From: Nannocystis bainbridge
GTDB taxonomy: Bacteria > Myxococcota_A > Polyangia > Nannocystales > Nannocystaceae
Length of the DNA stretch: 64,000 bases
Reading direction: 5' to 3'
Assembly: GCF_028368995.1 (NCBI RefSeq)
Contig: NZ_JAQNDL010000001.1
Location: 96,001-160,000 of the forward strand
The position numbers were made by a program, and so were the translations under genes. The notes under the pieces were generated by a model. It did not search any database. It had not been told where the DNA came from and saw only the letters and a list, made by a program, of their open reading frames with translations. Of this stretch, positions 59,393-64,000 are shown piece after piece (within the stretch, counting starts at the first letter, position 1; every line of letters starts with the position of its first letter).

Positions 59393-59662
59393 TTACTTGC
59401 GGATGTTGAGCGCCCCGATCAGGGACCGGTAGCGGTCGACGCTGCGGTTGCGCAGGTAGTCGAGCAGACGACGGCGCTGGCCGACGAGCTTCAGCAGACC
59501 CCGACGCGAGTGGAAGTCCTTGGCGTGGCCGCGGAAATGCTCGGTGAGGTAGTTGATCCGCGACGTGAGGAGGGCGATCTGCACCTCCGGGGACGCGGTG
59601 TCGTTCGAGTGGGTCTGGAACTTGCTAACGATCTCGGCCGTGCGATCAGGAGAGAGAGACAT
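59393..59662 (-). CDS. rpsO: 30S ribosomal protein S15
   Basis: [33 protein letters not shown]. Confidence 0.98.
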   Translation of the reverse strand: MSLSPDRTAEIVSKFQTHSNDTASPEVQIALLTSRINYLTEHFRGHAKDFHSRRGLLKLVGQRRRLLDYLRNRSVDRYRSLIGALNIRK

Positions 59663-59727
59663 TTCGTATTCTCGGGTGCGGGCAGCCCGTGCCCCCGCAG
59701 AAGGTGTTGTGCTCTTTTGTGTAGGCG

Positions 59728-59757
59728 GAAAATCCAGGCAAAACCTTGGCGTGTCAA
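59728..59757 (-). promoter_or_regulatory. candidate rpsO promoter
   Basis: TTGACA on the minus strand at ~59757-59752, followed by an AT-richer stretch with weak -10. Confidence 0.45.
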
Positions 59758-59797
59758 GGCCACTCGCGCACGCGCCGACGCTTTTCCGTCGGCCCGG

Positions 59798-60820
59798 TCA
59801 CGGCTCCGTGTCGCGGGCGGGCGCCGCGGCGTGAAGGACCTTCTCCGGCCGCCACTCACCCCCGTCGAGGCGAACGACGACCAGCGCGTCGGGGAACCAC
59901 AGCGCCTGCCTCGCCGCCTCGGGGTGCCCCTCGGCCAGGGTCGGGGCGACCGCCGGCAAGGCGTCGGCCCCAACCACCCGGCCGTGTAGCAGCCCCGCCA
60001 GGGCGTCGGCGTCGGCCCCGACCACCCGGCGCACCGGGAACGGCAAGACCTCACCAGGCGCCCGCAGGGCCGCCTCGAGCCGCGCCCGCAGGGCCTCGCG
60101 GCCGTCGGCTCCGGCGAGGCCGAGGCGAAACTTGGGCGGGGCGCCGGCCAGATCCGGCAACCGCGCGGAAACGAGCACGGGCACGGCGTCGGCGAGATCG
60201 AGGCTGCCGCAGGCGAGTCGACGCAGACCGCCCAGGTGCGCCGGCAGGCCGACGCGGCGGCCGAGCTCTTCGGCGAGGCTGCGGACATAGGTGCCCTTGC
60301 TCACGGCACAGGTCGCGTCGATCGCGTCGTCGGTGACCCCGATCTCCTCGACGGACCGCAGCTCCATCGGCCGCGGCGCGAGCGCCAGGATCTCGCCCTT
60401 GCGAGCCCTTTCGTGGGCCGGACGACCCTCGAGCTTGACCGCCGAGTACGCGGGCGGCGGCAGCTGGAGCGCGCCGCACATGTCCTTCAGGACATCCGCG
60501 GCGGCGCGCACCTGCGACGGCTCGACCGCGCTCTCGGCGATCGTCTCGCCGGCGCGATCGCCCGTGGTGGTCGCGCGACCGAGGCCGAAGCGCGCGCGGT
60601 AGACCTTGGCGACGGCGCTGAGGTACGGCACGAGCCGCGTCGCCGCGCCGACGCACACGACCAGCAGGCCCGAGGCCAGCGGGTCGAGGGTGCCGCAGTG
60701 ACCGACGGCCTTCTCGTTCAAGACCCAACGGACGAAGCCGACCACGTCGTGCGAGGTCGGCCCCTCCGGCTTGTCGACCAGCAGGACGCCGCAGCGCTCA
60801 GTCGCCGTCGCCGTCGCCAC
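59798..60820 (-). CDS. truB: tRNA pseudouridine(55) synthase
   Basis: DKPEGPTSHDVV, GHCGTLDPLASG, PPAYSAVK, SKGTYVRSL. Confidence 0.96.
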   Translation of the reverse strand: MATATATERCGVLLVDKPEGPTSHDVVGFVRWVLNEKAVGHCGTLDPLASGLLVVCVGAATRLVPYLSAVAKVYRARFGLGRATTTGDRAGETIAESAVEPSQVRAAADVLKDMCGALQLPPPAYSAVKLEGRPAHERARKGEILALAPRPMELRSVEEIGVTDDAIDATCAVSKGTYVRSLAEELGRRVGLPAHLGGLRRLACGSLDLADAVPVLVSARLPDLAGAPPKFRLGLAGADGREALRARLEAALRAPGEVLPFPVRRVVGADADALAGLLHGRVVGADALPAVAPTLAEGHPEAARQALWFPDALVVVRLDGGEWRPEKVLHAAAPARDTEP

Positions 60821-61217
60821 CTTCGTCGTCCTCGCCGCCCGCGCTCCCCAGCTTCGGGGCGGCCGGGGGCGTCGCGATCTCCGACAGGATCGTCTCGATC
60901 CGCAGGCCGCGCTGAATGCTCTCGTCGAACTCGAACCGCAGATCGGGGATCCGGCGCAACTGCACCCGCCCCTGCAGCTCTCGCCGCACCGCGCTGGCCG
61001 CCGAACGCAGCCCCGCCAGCACCGTGGCGCGGTCGCGGTCGGGCGACAGCAGGTCGACGAACACGCGGGCCAGCGTCAGCTCGGTGTCGACCTTGACGCC
61101 GGTGACGCTGAAGTTGACGCCCTGCAGTCGCGGGTCGCTGATCGCTCCGAACAGGAGCGCGTCGGCGATCCCGCGGCGCAGGGTCTCTTCGACCCGTTGC
61201 ATCCGGTTACTCGCCAT
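60798..61217 (-). CDS. rbfA: ribosome-binding factor A
   Basis: DPRL, VKVDTELTLARVF, LRRIPDLRFEFDES. Confidence 0.93.
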   Translation of the reverse strand: MASNRMQRVEETLRRGIADALLFGAISDPRLQGVNFSVTGVKVDTELTLARVFVDLLSPDRDRATVLAGLRSAASAVRRELQGRVQLRRIPDLRFEFDESIQRGLRIETILSEIATPPAAPKLGSAGGEDDEGGDGDGD

Positions 61218-61245
61218 ACGCGCTCCCCCTCGCCTCTCCGCCGCC

Positions 61246-64000
61246 TCACAGCGTCGGCGCGATCGTCTCGATCTCGAACGCCTGCAGGATGTCGCCCGGC
61301 TCCACCTCGGGGAACGAGTCGATCACGATGCCGCATTCGAAGCCCTCGCGGACTTCCTTCACGTCGTCCTTGAGGACGCGAAGGCTCGAGATTCTCCCCT
61401 TGTGGATGATCGTGCCGCCACGGACCACGCGGACGTGGTGCGAGCGCTGGATGAGGCCCCGCGTGACGCGGCAACCGGCGACCACACCGATCTTCGGGAT
61501 CGGGAACAGCGCCCGAACCTCGGCCTCGCCCTGATCGCGCTCGCGGTACTCGGGCTCGAGCAGGCCGACCATCAGCTCACGCGTCTTGTCGAGCGCGTTG
61601 TAGATGACGTTGAAGGTGTAGACGGGCACCTTCTCGGCGTCGGCGATCTGACCGGCCTTGCCGACCGGCTTGGTGTTGAAGCCGATGATCACGGCCTCGC
61701 CGGCCGAAGCGGTCTTCACGTCGGTCTGGGTGATCGCACCGACGCCGGACGAGATGACCTCGACCTTGACCTTGTCGGTCGACAGCTCGAGCAACGCCTG
61801 CTTGAGCGCCTCGGCCGAGCCCTGCACGTCGGCCCGGAGGACGATCTTGAGGGTCGGCGTCTTCTTGCGCTGGATGAAGTCGGCGATGCTGGGCCCCGAG
61901 CGCGCGCTCTCCTTGCGGCGCCGGACCTCGCGGCGGTGGGTCACGAGCTGGCGGGCGGCCTTCTCGCTCTCGACCACGTTGAAGCGGTCGCCGGCCGACG
62001 GCACGCCGTCGAGACCGAGGACCTCGACCGGAGTCGAGGGACCTACGTCTTCGAGCGTACGGCCGCGGTCGTCGAGCATGCCGCGGACCTTGCCGCTGAA
62101 CTCGTTGGCGACCACGATGTCGCCCTTGCGCAGCGTGCCGGCCTCCACCAGGACGGTGGCGATCGGACCGCGGCCCTTGTCGACGCGCGCCTCGAGGACG
62201 ACGCCGATCGCCCGGCCCTCGGTGGTGGCCCGGAGATCGAGGATCTCCGACTGAATGGCCAACATCTCGAGCAGGTGGTCGATGCCCTTGCCGGTCTTCG
62301 CCGACACCTCGCAGATGATCGTCTCGCCGCCGTACTCTTCGCCGACGAGGCTGTACTCCATCAGCATCTGCTTGACGCGGCCGGGGTTGGCGTCGGGCTT
62401 GTCGATCTTGTTGAGCGCCACCACCAGCGGGACGTTGGCCTCCCGCGCGTGCTTGATGGCCTCGACCGTGGTCGGCATGATGCCGTCGTCGGCGGCGACG
62501 ACCAGGACCACCACGTCGGTGACCTGGGCCCCGCGGGCGCGCATCGCCGAGAACGCCTCGTGACCCGGCGTGTCGAGGAACACCACGTCGCCCTTGGCGG
62601 TGGAGACCTTGTAGGCGCCGATGTGCTGGGTGATCCCGCCGGCCTCGCCCTCGGCGACCGTGGCCTTGCGGATCCGGTCGAGGAGCGAGGTCTTGCCGTG
62701 GTCGACGTGGCCCATGATGGTGACCACGGGCGCACGCACGTCGCCGGCACCCTCCTCGGTGTCCTCGTCGAAGTACTGGTCCTCCTGGAAGGCCACGTTC
62801 TCGACGGTGTAGCCGTACTCGGCGGCCACCAGCTCGGCGGTCTCGGCGTCGACGGCGCTGTTGATGGTGACGCCGCGCAGGCCCATGCCCCACAGCGTCT
62901 TCAGCAGCATCGTCGCCTTCTTGCCCATCTGGTGCGCGAGGTCGGCGACCGGGATCGCCTCGTCGACGCGGATGCGCTTCTTCGACTCCGACATCTCCTG
63001 CGTGGAGGGTCGGGCGCCGGGCAGGCCGGGCCGGCCGCGGACGTTGCGGATCATCGTCTTCCGCTTGCGGCCCTGCTGCTGCGCCCGCTCCTCACGCTCC
63101 TTGCGGATCGTGGCGCGGCCGCGCTGCTGGCTGTCGCTGGCGTCGGTGATGATCACCTGCTGCGGCCGCGGGCGGTTGGCCAGCTGCACGAAGCCGAGGA
63201 TCTTCGGCTCGGCGCGCTGCGAGGCGGCGCCGACGATGACGCCCGCTTCGTCGCGGAGGACGCGACGGTTCACCTCAGGCTCGACCGGCGGCGGCTGGAC
63301 CTGTTGCGGGGGCTGCTGCGCCTGCGGGGTCGCGGGGACGACGTAGCGGGTCGTCGAACCGCCACGGTCGCCCGGACGGGTGGCGACCGGCGCCGGCTGC
63401 ACGACCTGGCCGCGCGGCCCGGTCTGACCGAGCTGCGGGCCGCTGCCGAGCGGCCGGGTGCCGGTCTGGGTCGGCGCGCCCGGCTTGCCGGGGCCCGGGC
63501 GAGTCTGGACGCCCGGACGCAGCGGCGTGCCGACCGGGCCGACCTGGCCCTGCGGCGGGGTGCCGCGCGGACCGTCCGGACCGCGACGATGCGGCTCGAT
63601 ACGCGGCTCACGCGGGCTGTCTTCCATCCGCGAGGCCACGCCTCCCGGCAGGCGCTTGGTGCCCGGCGGGAGCTGGATGCGCGAGCCGACCTCGGGCGCT
63701 GGCGCCCGCGGGGCCGCGGGCTGCGGCGGCTGCTGCTGCCGCTGCTCGGACCGGCGGATCTCCGGGCGCGACCCGGACGGCTGGGCCGGGCGCTGGATCG
63801 GCTGGCTGACGGGGCGCTGGATCGGCGGCTGGACCGGCTGCGACTGCACCGGTGCAGGCGGCGCGGGCGGCTGCGGCGCGACCACCGGCGGCGGGGCCAC
63901 GATCGGCTGGCTCGGCTGGCTCGGCTGGACCGGCTCGGCCGACTGGACCTGCTCGGCCGGGCGGGCCGGCTCGACCGGCTCGCTGCGGACCGGCTCGACC
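61246..64000 (-). CDS. infB: translation initiation factor IF-2 (5' end beyond the window; long Pro/Gln-rich N-terminal region)
   Basis: [48 protein letters not shown]. Confidence 0.97.
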   Translation of the reverse strand, partial: VEPVRSEPVEPARPAEQVQSAEPVQPSQPSQPIVAPPPVVAPQPPAPPAPVQSQPVQPPIQRPVSQPIQRPAQPSGSRPEIRRSEQRQQQPPQPAAPRAPAPEVGSRIQLPPGTKRLPGGVASRMEDSPREPRIEPHRRGPDGPRGTPPQGQVGPVGTPLRPGVQTRPGPGKPGAPTQTGTRPLGSGPQLGQTGPRGQVVQPAPVATRPGDRGGSTTRYVVPATPQAQQPPQQVQPPPVEPEVNRRVLRDEAGVIVGAASQRAEPKILGFVQLANRPRPQQVIITDASDSQQRGRATIRKEREERAQQQGRKRKTMIRNVRGRPGLPGARPSTQEMSESKKRIRVDEAIPVADLAHQMGKKATMLLKTLWGMGLRGVTINSAVDAETAELVAAEYGYTVENVAFQEDQYFDEDTEEGAGDVRAPVVTIMGHVDHGKTSLLDRIRKATVAEGEAGGITQHIGAYKVSTAKGDVVFLDTPGHEAFSAMRARGAQVTDVVVLVVAADDGIMPTTVEAIKHAREANVPLVVALNKIDKPDANPGRVKQMLMEYSLVGEEYGGETIICEVSAKTGKGIDHLLEMLAIQSEILDLRATTEGRAIGVVLEARVDKGRGPIATVLVEAGTLRKGDIVVANEFSGKVRGMLDDRGRTLEDVGPSTPVEVLGLDGVPSAGDRFNVVESEKAARQLVTHRREVRRRKESARSGPSIADFIQRKKTPTLKIVLRADVQGSAEALKQALLELSTDKVKVEVISSGVGAITQTDVKTASAGEAVIIGFNTKPVGKAGQIADAEKVPVYTFNVIYNALDKTRELMVGLLEPEYRERDQGEAEVRALFPIPKIGVVAGCRVTRGLIQRSHHVRVVRGGTIIHKGRISSLRVLKDDVKEVREGFECGIVIDSFPEVEPGDILQAFEIETIAPTL

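Noticed and set aside
63200-64000. Pro/Gln-rich repeats as a separate gene
   Set aside because: In frame with infB; long low-complexity IF-2 N-termini are common in high-GC bacteria.

Overview
High-GC window from a myxobacterium (Myxococcota; the Cys-rich DUF4215 lipoproteins, DUF1592/DUF1552 pair and gene order suggest a Nannocystis-like lineage, by inference). Most of it is minus-strand housekeeping blocks: infB-rbfA-truB-rpsO-pnp-dut, purC/purF, frameshifted prfB, lolC/E-lolD-bamA-skp-skp-fabZ, folP-cdaA-cdaR-glmM, rarA, pdxJ, lysC, and yceD-rpmF-plsX-fabD-fabG-acpP-fabF-rpiB-nrdR-ribD-ribE-ribB(X). Accessory surface-protein genes are interspersed. The most unusual signals are: (1) a dispersed family of arrays of a degenerate palindromic decamer (consensus ~GGACATGTCC) spaced at exactly 14 bp, at 14 or more loci, both between genes and inside low-complexity coding segments; (2) a lipoprotein ending in an animal-type uromodulin/GP2 D8C(D10C)-like domain; (3) four tandem, mosaic Cys-rich lipoprotein paralogues, each with its own terminator and a shared upstream motif; (4) LolC/LolE carrying long insertions with a GWEDPxxEIxxLRxxGxxPP motif repeated four times; (5) a ~1300-aa aromatic 'PLF' repeat protein; (6) a GAFTGA-less FHA enhancer-binding protein, a pseudokinase, a structured intergenic region, and no lpxD/lpxA at the bamA-fabZ locus. 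All family assignments come from motif recognition, not database searches.
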